A stretch of DNA of 45,004 nt, filler included, from Catajapyx aquilonaris (Eukaryota), in the NCBI GenBank assembly GCA_000934665.2. It is 2 parts of 2 records of this genome, joined end to end, with 100 filler letters (N's around TTAATTAATTAA, not from the genome) between each part and the next. Parts side by side here need not be neighbours in the genome. Positions count along the whole stretch, not along the records: positions 1 to 22,425 come from JYFJ02005865.1; 1 more part is not named here. One strand, written 5' to 3'. The translations under genes and the position numbers were made by a program. Numbering within the stretch: the stretch's first letter is position 1; each line of letters opens with the position of its first letter. The notes under the pieces are model-generated. The model worked only from the letters and a program-made list of their open reading frames with translations, had not been told where the DNA came from and made no database searches. Of the stretch, positions 1 through 11,938 are shown piece after piece.

Positions 1-73
1 ATTAGTTCATATGTTGGGTTAGCTTGCATCTCCCTTCATCGCTGACTACCCCTCATAGGGAAATGTCGTGATG

Positions 74-98
<25 letters not shown>
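1..98 (+). mobile_element. RTE-like LINE 3' end with (TTG)n tail, cut by window start
   Basis: Near-identical to the 3' UTR of the LINE copies at 708-1479, 13964-14472 and 28447-28570 (gggttagcttgcRtctcccttcatcgctgactacccctcatagg), followed by (GTT)n. Confidence 0.85.
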
Positions 99-106
<8 letters not shown>

Positions 107-351
107 ATTTAGCCAGATTTTTTCTTGGACAACTCTTTGTAACCTTTCCCTATTATGAACCTTGCCAACAGATTCGAGCATCTCTATGGTTATTGCCATT
201 ATTGGCAAACGATTACTGCGTATGGGAATCCATATTGAGAATTTCATAACAGACGGTAAAAGAGCATTTAAAAAAAATGATTTACAACTTTACTGAGGTG
301 TTTCTTAATCTTGGGAAGAAAGATAATGCACAGTATGAGGGGACTTTTGTA
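99..351. repeat. Duplicated segment, also at ~1523-1776 and ~17363-17531
   Basis: ttatcagccattta.ccag..tttttcttggacaactctttgtaacc...actgaggtgtttct is present three times in direct orientation. Confidence 0.9.
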
Positions 352-447
352 ATTGATGAAATTGTCGAATTGGCTAAATACGTATATTTTCTTTTAAATC
401 GAAAGGGGTCGAGCCACAGCCATTTCCTGAATTGACATGGAATGACC

Positions 448-655
448 CAGCAGTATGTCAAGTGAGCTGCTGATTTATATATCAACCCAGTTAATATCTG
501 AACCTATTCAGATCAAGTGATGGTCTCGAAAGAGAACTGCAATAAGGCGTGGAATTTTCGTCCAACTGATAGCTACTGCTAACTTACGTAGCAATACCAG
601 TGTTGGCCATGGCACTGATAAGTTAGCAGTAATTATTAGTGAGATGAAAATTGAA
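448..655. repeat. Duplicated segment, also at ~2327-2525
   Basis: cagtatgtcaagtgagctgctgattta...ggcactgataagttagcagtaa occurs twice in direct orientation. Confidence 0.9.
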
Positions 656-707
656 AATTGAATCTTTAATGTTACAACGTTTAGATTATTAATTGTTGGT
701 TCCATAT

Positions 708-1479
708 ACAACAACAACATCACGACATTTCCCTATGAGGTGTAGTCAGCGATGAAGGGAGACGCAAGCTAACCCAACATATGAACTAATAAAACTCATG
801 AGAATAAACCTAAAAACAACCCGTCCCACACCCCACCCCTGCCCTCCTCAGAAACAGACACTAAATATTAAATTTAAATATTACACTATGCAATACTGTA
901 CTTCGTAAAAAACAAGCCCTCCCCCCTCGCCACCAGCCACTACTCCGGACGCCCTGGCCACGCCGACGTGTATGGCACCTCCCTTGCACCTCATCGACCC
1001 CGCCAGGGACGTCCCCTCTACTCGCCGGAGCGAAGGAAGCCTTATCCTCAGACATATTTACCTATTTACCCATTAATTAACCTACGCCATTTACACCTAT
1101 CCAAACAAACAACCCTTGCCTCAGCCACATCCATGGTCCTATTGACACATGAACGTCTCGGCTTAACACTAGCAACACCCTTAAGACACTGACCCACCTG
1201 GTCCAACCATGTCTTCCTAGGCCTACCCTTGCCCCTCTTACCAACTACTCCACCCAAATAAACCTTCTTCACAATCTCCTCCTCCTTCATCCTCTCCACA
1301 TGGCCAAACCACCTTAGAGTAGACCTACACACCTTATCTTTAACAGTCTCCTTAACATTACACCTCTGCAAAATCTCCTCATTCCTAATCCTATCGAACT
1401 TGGTAACACCACAAACAGTCCGGAGATAACGCATCTCTGTAGCCAACACCCTACTCTTATGCCTATCTGACCAAACCCA
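708..1479 (-). mobile_element. 5'-truncated RTE-clade LINE (ORF2 C-terminus + 3' UTR + (TTG)n tail)
   Basis: ORF 1066..1533(-) has ATEMRYLRTVCGVTKFDRIRNEEI...LRWFGHVERM...GKRGKGRPRKTW, the typical RTE post-RT C-terminus; tail (CAA)n on + at ~708-719. Confidence 0.9.
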
Positions 1480-2042
1480 ATGGGGGTCCATCTGAGCATA
1501 GGTAACTGGAATATTACTCACCTTATCAGCCATTTAGCCAGCTTTTTTCTTGGACAACTCTTTGTAACCTTTCTCTATTATGAATCTTGCCAACAGATTC
1601 CAGCATCTCTATGGTTACTGCCATTATTGGCAAACGATTACTGTATATGGGAATCCATATTGACAATTTCATAACAGACGGTGAAAGAGCATTTTTAAAA
1701 AATGATTTACAACTTTACTGAGGTGTTTCTTAATCTTGGGAAGAAAGATAATGCACAGTATGAGGGAACTTTTGTACCATATTATCTACCGAGTAGGATT
1801 TGGAAGGCATTATGATTGCCAGTTCTTATGTACCTTAGGTAGTTTCCTTGTAATTCAATGCACCTCCTCCATCTTTTTTGACAAGGAAGAGATGCTAGAA
1901 AAAAAAGAAAAAAAAACCAACAAACAAAAAAAGTGCTACCATGTCTCCACAGTTCTATGTGGCTATCACTTAGAATTCTTTGTTTTCAAAGACTTTTATT
2001 CAAGTGAAAAAAAGTACTGTAAAGGTCCCTGGGGGGTTAGAG

Positions 2043-2156
2043 GTGATTAAATAAAGTTGGGTAACTTTATTACATGCCATTTTATATTATACAAGCTATA
2101 TTGTATATATTTCTAATTAATGGTGTGAATAAAGTTGGGTAACTTTATTTAATCAC
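2043..2156. mobile_element. Small foldback MITE-like element
   Basis: Inverted ends gtgattaaataaagtt / aactttatttaatcac; each end holds the palindrome AATAAAGTT-GGGT-AACTTTATT (2050-2071, 2128-2149). Confidence 0.55.
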
Positions 2157-2748
2157 TGTGCTGCTGATGCAATTTAAAGGAGTGGGAGGAAATGTTAGAA
2201 CCTCAAGTAAACACATGTGGACAAGGAGAGACCCATCCACTCTCTATCCACAAAAGAGTTCAGGATCTAAGGAAAGAGTATGTTCAATGATTGTTTTAAC
2301 CTACAGGCATGTATTCAGCAATTCTAGCAGTATGTCAAGTGAGCTGCTGATTTACATATCAAGCCAGTTAATATCTGAACCTATTCAGATCAAGTGATGG
2401 TCTCGAAAGAGAACTGGAATAAGTCGTGGAATTTTAGTCCCACTGATAGCCATTGGTAACTTAGCAGTACCAGTGTTGGCCATGGCACTGATAAGTTAGC
2501 AGTAACTATCAGTGGCATGAAAATTCCACCCTTCACACACACACACCTCCTTAACATGGGGTGTGTGCTAAGGGTTGCTTCAAGACCAGGATAAAGTGGC
2601 CAAAAGTATTAGAACCCGATAATACACCCAGGTACTCCTTATAGGTACCTTACTCTTTGGTACTCCTTGCATTTTGGTACTCCTTGGTACTCCTTGCATT
2701 TTGGGACTTCAGTGTACACTTTACAGTCGAGTGGATAACCCCTTGGTC

Positions 2749-2753
<5 letters not shown>

Positions 2754-2785
<32 letters not shown>

Positions 2786-3191
2786 TTTGGGATCCCCCTT
2801 GAGACCAATGGTCAATGTAGGGGGAGGAGATCTCCTCCATTTTTCTAACTTTACAATCTCACCGGTGCAGGGACAGGGAAGGGATGGGAGGGAGGAACAA
2901 AGGTGCAGTGCATTGTCCTGTGGTGGGGGCCGTGTGCAGTTCCTCAGGGGGCCAAGCTTAGACACCCCACTAGGCGCGGCCGGAAGCCCCCACCGACACC
3001 GCGCCTCCTCCAGGGAAAGGAAGGAAGCGGCTGTGGCCTATATATAACGGTACGATCCCGGGATTTCCCTGGAGTGACCTTGGAAAACCACAGAAAACCA
3101 AGGTCAGGACCGCCGGCCTCCGGGACTCGAACCCAGGACCTCCCGATTAGCAGTCGGACACCATATCCACTACACCACTACTGCTTCGGTC
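2754..3191 (-). mobile_element. tRNA-derived SINE, family D
   Basis: On -: A box tggtgtagtgg, B box ggttcgagtccc, (TAAA)n tail; 15-bp TSD ccccttggtcaatta at 2739-2753 and 3192-3206. Confidence 0.9.
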
Positions 3192-3507
3192 CCCCTTGGT
3201 CAATTAAGTGATCCATGGGCATTTTTTTTTGTTTCCTGGAAAACTGTTGTCGCTTGACATATGGGACACTTGACATATGGGATTATACCGAGAAACGCTT
3301 CAATTTCCCTTTAGGCGGATTAAGATGTATATCGTTGTACCAACAGATATGATTAAAGTGTATAATAATATGGTCCATACAGGCAGCCACAGTTAGGCCT
3401 AACAGCCGCTTGGGTATCTGAGAAAAAACAGGTTTTCTCACACCATTTTAACAAGTTGCGTTTTGCCATAATTGAAGTAAAAAAGTTGAAGCATATTATT
3501 CACCAAT

Positions 3508-3772
3508 GGGCAACACGGTGGCCGAGTGGTTAGCGCCGCAGCCTTCCACCTCTAAGGTCCCGAGTTCGATCCCCGGGTCGGACGGAGGATACTTATGTGG
3601 ATAGAGTTTCGATGGGTTCTCTTCGTGTTCGCGTGGGTTTTCTCGGGGTTCTCCCGTTTCCTCCCACTATCAAAATCCATCACATTACAGGCAAATGATT
3701 AAAGTCGGGTATTCAAAAGATGATCCCCTAAGAGGCCCAAGGGGCCTATCACGGGGTATCCATTATTATTAT
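3508..3772 (+). mobile_element. tRNA-derived SINE, family E (V/Meta-like central domain)
   Basis: tggccgagtggtt A box, gttcgatccc B box, gtgggttttctcggggttctcccgtttcctccca core, (ATT)n tail; TSD tattattc(a/g)ccaat at 3494-3507 and 3773-3786. Confidence 0.85.
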
Positions 3773-5575
3773 TATTATTCGCCAATGAGATTGGCCTGTA
3801 ATTATAAGGGTCATTACGGTCCCCATTTTTAAATATCAGAACTACCATTGCTCGAGCCCAATTCTCAGGCATCGTGGCTGCAGTTAAACATCTATTAAAG
3901 AAAGGTTAACAGATAATCAAAAACACCCAGGGAACTTATTTTTAAGAAGGTGTTTGATATTAAGTCCGGGCCAGCAGCAGTATTACTTTTAAACTAAGTT
4001 ATTTGTTCATTGGTTTGGAACTACTGCACTACTTCTCATTATTCCAAATAATTTTATTCGACTATATGGTACCAGTACTGCAGCTTATATTCTAACAATT
4101 TAGCAAACCCATTCCCCATCCTATTTCCCTTGAACTGGTGTTAGAATGCTTTTCTGGCATGCTAAGATGCCTTTCATGTTTACGAGTAAGCTTTGTATGA
4201 TCCCCAGCTCTCTACTTTCCCTGCATAGTCACAACATTATGGCCATATGTATGCATTTGTGCATGATTCACCTTGGCATTTGCCCTCATTTCCGTTAGCA
4301 GTTTGAGCAATCCAACAGGGTGTCGGGTGTCCAGAAAACAATGTATGGAGGAGGAAGAGCCTTATCACACCAATGATGTCATGTCTGAGTTGAGCATCAG
4401 TACAGGGGCATCCACTTGAATAGGTTCACCTAATTTTAGTGTGTTATGTCAAGGTAAGGCCTAAGATTAAAAAATATTTTTCCTCACCAGCCATAAGTTA
4501 GTGTCTTCAGAGAAAATAAGATTTTTAAACTGCATTATCAACAGAGTCATGTGCGTGGATTACCCTTGGGCAATGATCCATATCGTACGTCTCTGATGTA
4601 ATCCTTGTTTCCAACCATGTAGCCCCTCGTTTGCGTATCTCTGACACTGCAATCTCTTGCAGCTCTTGCAACAGCCCAGCAACAGCCCGAGTTCAGACTG
4701 ATATTTCCCCATCCGTACCTACCTGACTGGAAGTTCCTTTGTTGCACGCGTGAAATTGACGTAGGCCTAATTTTTTAATGCAACACTCTGCCAACTTGTT
4801 TTGAAAGGTGAGTGTCATTTTGTGTATTTCAAAGGGAGTTCTAAAATCTACAGTGCTAGTTCATCCAGAATCATCCTGCATGGCTACTATCACAGTGAGG
4901 TCTTGGCTACTGTTTGAAAGTTATTGCGTGATTTGTGCATTATAACGTTCCTTCATAAAAGTGAGTACTGGTATGGTACTGATTATATTTTTAAGTTACA
5001 GTAAGAATGCGTTTTGGGAGGGAGGCTCACTGTTAATGGATGGGGCATTGAGTTACGTAACGATCCAAACGATAGTTACTTAACATTTTGCCCTGCCCAT
5101 TTTCATTCAAAGATGTTTCATGCAACAGAATTTTGATCCAGGGCATACCTTTTTGTCCAAAGCAGTACTACTTTGTTGAAACATTTTTGTCTGAAGGCCA
5201 AAGGCCCAGTTGCTGCACTAATAATAGTAGTAGGTCATGGAGAGAGGATTTATGAGTAGGCCAACTTATTGTGGATTGTTGTCGAGAATAAGCATAACAA
5301 TGGAAAGATTTACTTCTCCATGCATGTGATGCAACTGAGCCATTTGTCTCTGGGCAAAGTAATTTGCATTGCTTTGAACAAAAAGGCGAAAAAAAATGAA
5401 TGAAGACAGCATGCCTTTGGATGCATAAGACAAGATGACCTAGTTATTAATCTTGATGTTAATTTTCTTGATCCATTTTTGCAAGTCAAAATGGAGAATG
5501 AAATGAAATGAATGAATTGAAATGAGAACACGGCAGTGGTCTCAGAGAACTGCTGAGAAAAGCTTCGGTGTGTGC

Positions 5576-5735
5576 GGGGGGCATGGTGGTCTAGTGGCTA
5601 TGCTACTGGCCAGCCAAGCGGAAGGTCCGGGGTTCGAATCCCACCCCCGTCACCTCCTCTTGGTCGGGTGCTTTTCACCCGGCATGTCCAAGCATGTCTA
5701 GTATTTAAGAGGGTCTGAAATGACTAGAAACTATT
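5576..5735 (+). mobile_element. tRNA-derived SINE, family C (internally deleted)
   Basis: tggtctagtgg A box, ggttcgaatccc B box; homologous to 16141-16426. Confidence 0.8.
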
Positions 5736-6031
5736 CAATGATGAGCTGATGACTAATTTTTGCACTTTGGGTTTCCTTGCTTCAGGGAATACGTCAGTAC
5801 TGATCATGGGAGATGGGTTGATAGAAGTAAAATTGAGTAAGCAGGAACAGATGTAGACTAGATCTCAGAATATCGAATATCCCGCATTTTTGCATGTGAG
5901 TCATTCTCTGGTTTTTGTGTGCCATTGCTTAAAATTTAAGTCACCAGCTACTTATATCAGGATGTGTGTACCCATCCTTTATTTTAAAAGGGGATCTGGC
6001 CTGAAAAAATGGATTCTGTTGTTCACATTTG

Positions 6032-6033
<2 letters not shown>

Positions 6034-6096
<63 letters not shown>

Positions 6097-6437
6097 TGGG
6101 TTAGTGCACCGCCCATTGATGGGCATCTGGCACGGTACCTTTATTTGCTTTTTAAGTGTACAGCTACATTTTTGGTCCTTTTTCCGTAACGCCCGGGTAC
6201 CGCGAGCGATAGGGGATGACAGGAGGGGATGTGCAAGTGCAATGCAATGCTGTACGAGGTCATTTTGTGAACTCCCCCGGGTGGATTTGTCTGTAGGATA
6301 TTCCACCCAGAAACGAAGCCAGAGACGACCCACACTCTGCACGAGATGAAGGGGGTGTCTCCGGGCGGGATTTGATCCCGGGACCTTAACATCCGTGGGC
6401 GCACACGTTACCGCGGCGCCACTCCGTCTCCCCCGAT
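6034..6437 (-). mobile_element. tRNA-derived SINE, family A, inserted in the ankyrin exon
   Basis: Family A body with (TTA)n tail; 17-bp TSD tgttgttcacatttgat at 6017-6033 and 6438-6454. Confidence 0.9.
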
Positions 6438-7154
6438 TGTTGTTCACATTTGATGCCAATTGTTCCAATGGAAAGGTTGCCACTGCATCTTGCCGTCAGG
6501 AATGGATACAGGAGGTGAGAGACTTTTCAGCCCAAGTTCAGACTGCTGTGTAACCAATTTTACAAGTCTGATGCACTTCTTGCGCAGTTGCAAAGGAATT
6601 GGTGAAAAGGGTGTCACAGGAGGCATACATTACTAGGTGCATTAGCAGTTTTCCTGAAATGGCAAATAACGATGTGTTTTCTTGCCTGCCAGTACTGGTG
6701 AGTGCATGTCACATTTGGACAATTATATTTTCAATTATTGCTGTTTGCACCATGGTTTGCACTGAATGCTGACTACTTGCCACCTAATTTAATCACTTGA
6801 GTTTAAAATTCATGAAATCAATCCTTCAAGTGACTTGAAAACTGGACAATTTTTAGGGTCGACCCGGTCGACTATAAATTGTTTTTTTATTATTACAGTC
6901 TGCAGTGCAATAGAACTCTTCATAATAAGAATGCGACAAGAATATTATAATATTCCCATGAAGCCCTGAAGTGATATTTAACCTCCATGAGTACCGATTC
7001 AGCCTGGGTAGTCTTTACTTACAACCAGTTTCGAGAATGTCTGATGCTGATATTCAGCTGGACAGAATATACCGTACTTCTTTCCACAACTTGTTTCCAG
7101 AGGAACGTGGCTTCCAACTCATGGAGGCAAAGATTATTATCATCATGCCCTCTT

Positions 7155-7264
7155 TAATACCTAATACAATGTAAGTAGTTGTGATGCTGTATTTAGGAAG
7201 GAATGACAAAAAAAAAAAAACGTTTGTCTGTCTCTATCCCTCCCCTGAATATTTTTGATCAGTG
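7155..7264 (+). mobile_element. Tigger3/MER2-like remnant
   Basis: taatacctaatacaatgtaa...gaatgacaaaaaa...gaatatttttgatc; inverted counterpart of the element at 12495-12950. Confidence 0.6.
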
Positions 7265-9061
7265 TTCCAACCCATGCATATGGCAGCTAATTTTTTTTCA
7301 GGTGTGCGATATGAAGCCTTGCATTTTTATTTGCTGGGGGCAACCCATTTTAGGAGCACCTCAGAATGACCCTTGTTGCCTGGCATTCCTCCTGTGGTGG
7401 AGCAAAATACAAAGCTTCACATTTTTTGAACTGCTGGGTTGTGATAATGGAACACTGCAAGTCGAACTGTATTCAACTGCATGCAACTTATGATGTAATG
7501 TTTCACTTTGCAATGAGTGAAATTCTGATGGTTTGCTGCTTGTACGGGCAGTTCATGATGCAAGACCAACTGGTGGCAGATTTTATACGATTTAGACCTG
7601 GATGTGGTCATTTTGACGACGACATTCTTGATGCTTATGGCTAGTTGTACAGTATATAATTATGTGGAGGAGTTTCAGACCAGTTAAAATTTTAAACAGA
7701 CCCTTATGCTACTAGAGGACATGAAGCTTCACTACTTATGGTCATATTCTCTGGGTCTTCCGTGAACTTATATTGTTCAGTACCATGGTGAGAAAAATAA
7801 TTCTCTGTAATAGCTTGTGTGATTTCTTCCTGGCATTCTCGTTATAAAAACCAAGGCATCAGGGTTAAGAGTTACTCTTTGTTTTTATGGCGATTCCCTG
7901 CGATTCTGTGGTGCTGGGCTGTCATCCGCACTCACCTGTCACAAGTATTGGGGTCCTGATCAACAGGTGATGCACTGCAGGAAGAGTATACCTCTACCGA
8001 ATATGCTCAAGAACTTTCTGATGTTTGGCAACGTTGACTTGACTATTTTCTGAAATGGACCAAGCTGGGTTAAGAACTAGAATGGCACTTTTTCACTTGT
8101 GGTTTATGAATCCCCTGTAGTTAGCTGTCTTATTGAGATCGCAGTGGCCTGATAATGAATCATCGCACGTACGAGTTGATTCCATCCCATTAAAACAGCC
8201 GAGCAATGCTGGGACTACATCAAGGGCGCATTCATAATCTACTTGAACATCTACAAAGATTCGAAGCACCTGGAGAATCAACACTGAATAGCAAGTGACA
8301 AAAGCACAACAATAAGCTGCCTTGTACCTTATGAGACAGCATCAATTCCAAAAGAGACATGATGGGAGGAGTTATTTTGTTCATCGAAAGAAGTGACAGT
8401 ATGGTGCATATTGGTAATGAGTTAGCTGGATGCCACTTTCCTATGGAAACAAGTTGTGGAAAGAAATATATTATCTCCAGCTGAAGATCAGCAGTTAGAC
8501 CTTATTGAAAGTAAACTGGTTGTAAGTAAAGACTGACCAGGCAGAATGTGTACTCAAGGAGGTTAAATATCACAGCAGGGCTTCATGCAAAGACTACAAT
8601 ATTCTTGTCGCATGCATAATTATTATAAAGAGTTCTAATGCACTGCAGACTGTAATAAGACAAATATTTATGGTCGACCCTAAAAAATTGTCCAGTTTTA
8701 AATTCATTAGGAGACTTGATGTCATGAATTGAGCAGCTTGATGGAAGAACCAGTTGGCTCCATATTGCCAAGTTTTGAGAAAACGGCAAGAACGTGTCTA
8801 AAAAATTCAGAATTCACACCAGAATTGTAAAAATAAATACAGATGAACTACTCACAATGACTCTTAAAATGGCATTAAGTAGTAAGCAAGTAACCAAATA
8901 AATATTAAGTAAATTAATGTTAAAATCCGTGAAGCTACGGTGTGCGGGAAAAAATATATATATGCTACGGTATATTAAAAACGGTGATTTCAACGGGTGG
9001 TAGGGTGTGCGTATGGAAGAAGCCAGGATTGGGTCCGAAGGGCCAGCGACGATCCGTTTGC

Positions 9062-9268
9062 GAGATGTCGACCTTTGACATAGACGATGTCCATCCCTGA
9101 ATGTGTGGATACCTCCGTGCATGCTTGCATTGCTGGTTGCCGGAGTCAGGCGTTTGAGCTACTGTTTGGGGGGAGCGCGCCTGACTCCAGCAATCAGCAA
9201 TGGATGCATGTACGGTGGTATCCACAGTTGCAAGGATGGACATCATCGATGTCAAAGGTCGACATCTC
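9062..9268. repeat. ~90-bp-arm imperfect hairpin (foldback MITE core)
   Basis: gagatgtcgacctttgacat...ggagtcaggcg pairs with cgcctgactcc...atgtcaaaggtcgacatctc. Confidence 0.85.
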
Positions 9269-9518
9269 ACTATGTCTCGAGGAAAGCTCGGAGCTGCATG
9301 ATTCGTGGACCAAACTATGGACAGTTTTTTTCTTCATAGGATGCCATGATTAACTCATTTTTGATGAAAAGTGGAGCTACCTGGTTCTTTCACCAGGCTC
9401 CTCAATTTTAAACACAAGTTATTACGTAGGTGGCTAGTAGTAAGAGTCCAGTCCAAACTGAAATTGAAAAAATGATTTTCTAAATGTGACATGCACTCAC
9501 CAGTACTTACGAGTAGTA

Positions 9519-10480
9519 AGGGAGATCGGGGTTGGTTATAATACTTTTTAGTCTGGATTTTTAAATTCAGTTACATGTGCATTTAGGCAAAGGTTTATGA
9601 CATGGTGGAAATAAGGCAACATTCCTCTATATAAAATTAAAATTATAAAATCTTAAGATTAAAAATTAATAGATTTACGAATATTTTTCCAAGGCAAGGC
9701 CGAGTGTTACAACCGACCCCATCATAGGGGCTGTTGTAACAGAGGGTGGGGTCAATTGTAACACTAATTATGTCTTAAGGGGAAAATGTACATAATATTG
9801 AAGAACAATTTACACCCACTCATCTTCTCGATAATTGTCTTGTAGCCTATTTGATCCATCTGGAGTACTATTTACCTCTCGATACACAGGAATTTATCCG
9901 TCACAATAGTATTGCAAGAGAATAGATTTTTTATTCATATAAATTTTCAACAAACTGGCTAGTATTTATTGCACTTAATAACTATTTCTCTTCTCAATAT
10001 CCTGTTAGATATGTGCGTGAGATGTGTAGCTGTAACATCATTCTGTACACAGACTTGACCTTTCTCCTATGATTTTACCATGTTACAACTGATCCCAAGG
10101 AAGCTGTTACAACCGTCCCCATTGTGCGTTGACTTGTAGTGATATGCTTACTACTTTTTAACTGTGACTATGATTAGGTCATCCATACCGTCAGTGTGAC
10201 CCCACAAGGAACCTTTCTCATGATACCAATGTCAATTAAATGTCATCTCTGCCCTTCACATAATCACTTGATTACTGTCACTTACAAAAGTTGGGAACAC
10301 ACCTTTATTTGGTTTTTTGCATATAAATGAACAAAAAACAAAAAGGATAAGTCTAAGTTTTGCCACTTAGAGGCCATAGTGAAACACGTGCTGTGTGAGT
10401 TTCAGCTTCAGAGCTTTCCAAACGTATTCATTATTAGCTATGTTACAACCGTACCCTGTACAACCGACCCAGATCTCCCT
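9519..10480. mobile_element. Non-autonomous pogo/Tc1-mariner-type DNA transposon
   Basis: TIRs agggagatc(g/t)ggg.t.ggtt, TA at both ends, several internal tgttacaacc/ggttgtaaca motifs; absent from the paralogous site at ~6690. Confidence 0.8.
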
Positions 10481-11587
10481 TACTGGCAGGCAAGACACGA
10501 CACATCGTTAGTTACCATTTCAGGAAAACTGTTAATGCACCTAGTAATGTATGCTTCCTGTGTCACCATGTTCACCAATTCCTTTGCAATAGTGCAAGCA
10601 ATGCATCAGACTTGTAAAATCGGTTAAATGGAAGTCTGAACTAGACTGAAAAATCTCTCGCCTCCTGTATCCATTCCTGATGGCATGATGCAGTGGCAAC
10701 CACCCTTTCCTGCCCACAGTTTCATTAGATTCACAGCCTGCCTCCATCAGCACCCAATACTTGTCACATGTGAGTGAGGCTGACAGCCTGGCATCTGCCT
10801 TGCAAGGACTCACCTTAAAAACAAAGAGTTAATCTGAACCCAAATGCCTTGTTTCGATCCCAAGGAAAGTGGCTTCCAACTCACTCATTACTAATATAAC
10901 ATGCATCCCTACTGTCACTTCCTCTGATGAACAAAATAACTCCTACCATCATGTCTTTTTTGGAATTGATGCTGTCCCAAAAGGTACAAGGCAGCTTATT
11001 GTTGTGCTTTTGTCACTTGCTATTCAGTGTTGATTTTCCAGGAGCTTCGAATCTTTGTAGATGTTCAAGGAGATTATGACTGAGCCCTTGATGTAGTCCC
11101 AGCATTGCTCGGCTTTGTGAATGGGATGGAATCAACTCATACGTGCGATGATTCATTATCAGGCCATTGCCATCTCAATAAGACAGCTAACTACTGGGGA
11201 TTCATAAACCACAAGTGAAACAGTGCCATTCTAGTTCTTAACCCAGCTTGGGCCCTTTCAGAAAATAGTCAAGTCAATGTTGCCAAACATCAGAAAGTTC
11301 TTGAGCATATTCGGTAGAGGTAGACACTTTCCGCAGAGCATGTACTGTTGATCAGGACCCCAATACTTGTGACAGGTGAGTGCGGATGACAGCCCAGCAC
11401 CACAGCCTCGCAGGGAATCGCCATAAAAACAAAGAGTAACTCTTAACCCTGATGCCTTGGTTTTTATAACAAGAATGCCAGGAAGAAATCACACAAGCTA
11501 TTATAGAGAATTATTTTTCTCAGCATGGTACTGAACCATATAAGTTCACGGAAGACCCAGAGAATATGATCATAAGTAGTGAAGCTT

Positions 11588-11938
11588 GGGGGAGGTGTGG
11601 TGGCCGTGATGGTAACGTCACGGCTTGCTGAGTGAAAGGCCCCAGGTTCGATCCCCGCCTGGGGAACTTTCCTTTCACCTGCGTCGGGAGGGTCTCTGAC
11701 CTGCACCAAGGAGGTGTCTGGCAACCTAACCTCCTGGGGGACAGCACATGACCCATGTTGTAGACATTGCACTTGCACCCCATGTTCCCTCCCCAAAAAT
11801 CCCTACCCCTACCCTACATCCTTGACTCCTTGCACCGGTGACTGAAGAAAAAAATGACAGAGAAAACTGATGGTGGTGTGCCACCCCCCAAATAGGACAT
11901 TGATGCCTGGCATTGGGTAAATTTAAAAAAAAAAAAAA
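11588..11938 (+). mobile_element. tRNA-derived SINE, family B
   Basis: tggccgtgatgg A box, ggttcgatccc B box, poly(A) tail; 14-bp TSD aagtagtgaagctt at 11574-11587 and 11939-11952; empty site in copy A at ~7724-7737. Confidence 0.92.

Larger units (their letters stand above)
4700..8453 (+). pseudogene. Ankyrin-repeat and SOCS-box (ASB-like) pseudogene, copy A
   Basis: Ankyrin-like ...LLFTFDANCSNG/RLPLHLAVRNGY at ~6010-6510, split by a SINE; last exon from acceptor ttttcag|7302 ends in the SOCS-box-like WC(W)AVIRTHL...IPLPNMLKNFLMFGNVDLTIF* (stop 8051-8053); multiple stops and frameshifts; 5' boundary approximate. Confidence 0.7.
8590..10850 (-). pseudogene. Scrambled ASB-like fragments: SOCS-start fragment fused to an ankyrin exon, plus downstream intron/exon pieces
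   Basis: 10850-10750 resembles 7853-7965 (SLQGRCQAV...); ORF 10541..10813 has VLMEAGCESNETVGRKGWLPLHHAIRNGY; 10710-10481 plus 9508-9482 match 6470-6716; 8700-8596 matches ~6836-6950. Confidence 0.65.

Noticed and set aside
2630..2705. Short tandem ggtactccttg(cattttg) repeats
   Set aside because: Ordinary slippage minisatellite with no sign of function
3508..3580. tRNA genes at SINE heads (also 5576, 11588, 29876 and others)
   Set aside because: A/B boxes are followed by SINE bodies, simple-repeat tails and TSDs; no intact cloverleaf
5890..6483. ORFs with poly-N/poly-I runs, and recurring ORFs such as MRPWMLRSRVRS (also 14403, 34673, 40485)
   Set aside because: Translations of (AAT)n tails and SINE A bodies
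8478..8520. Penelope-type hammerhead ribozyme (ctgaaga...gaaa)
   Set aside because: Stem II and flanking stems do not pair convincingly
9700..10470. CRISPR-like repeats (tgttacaacc motif; also aaaaaccgccagctcc at ~21876-22080)
   Set aside because: Irregular spacing and, in the first case, mixed orientation; they are transposon subterminal repeats in eukaryotic DNA with no cas genes
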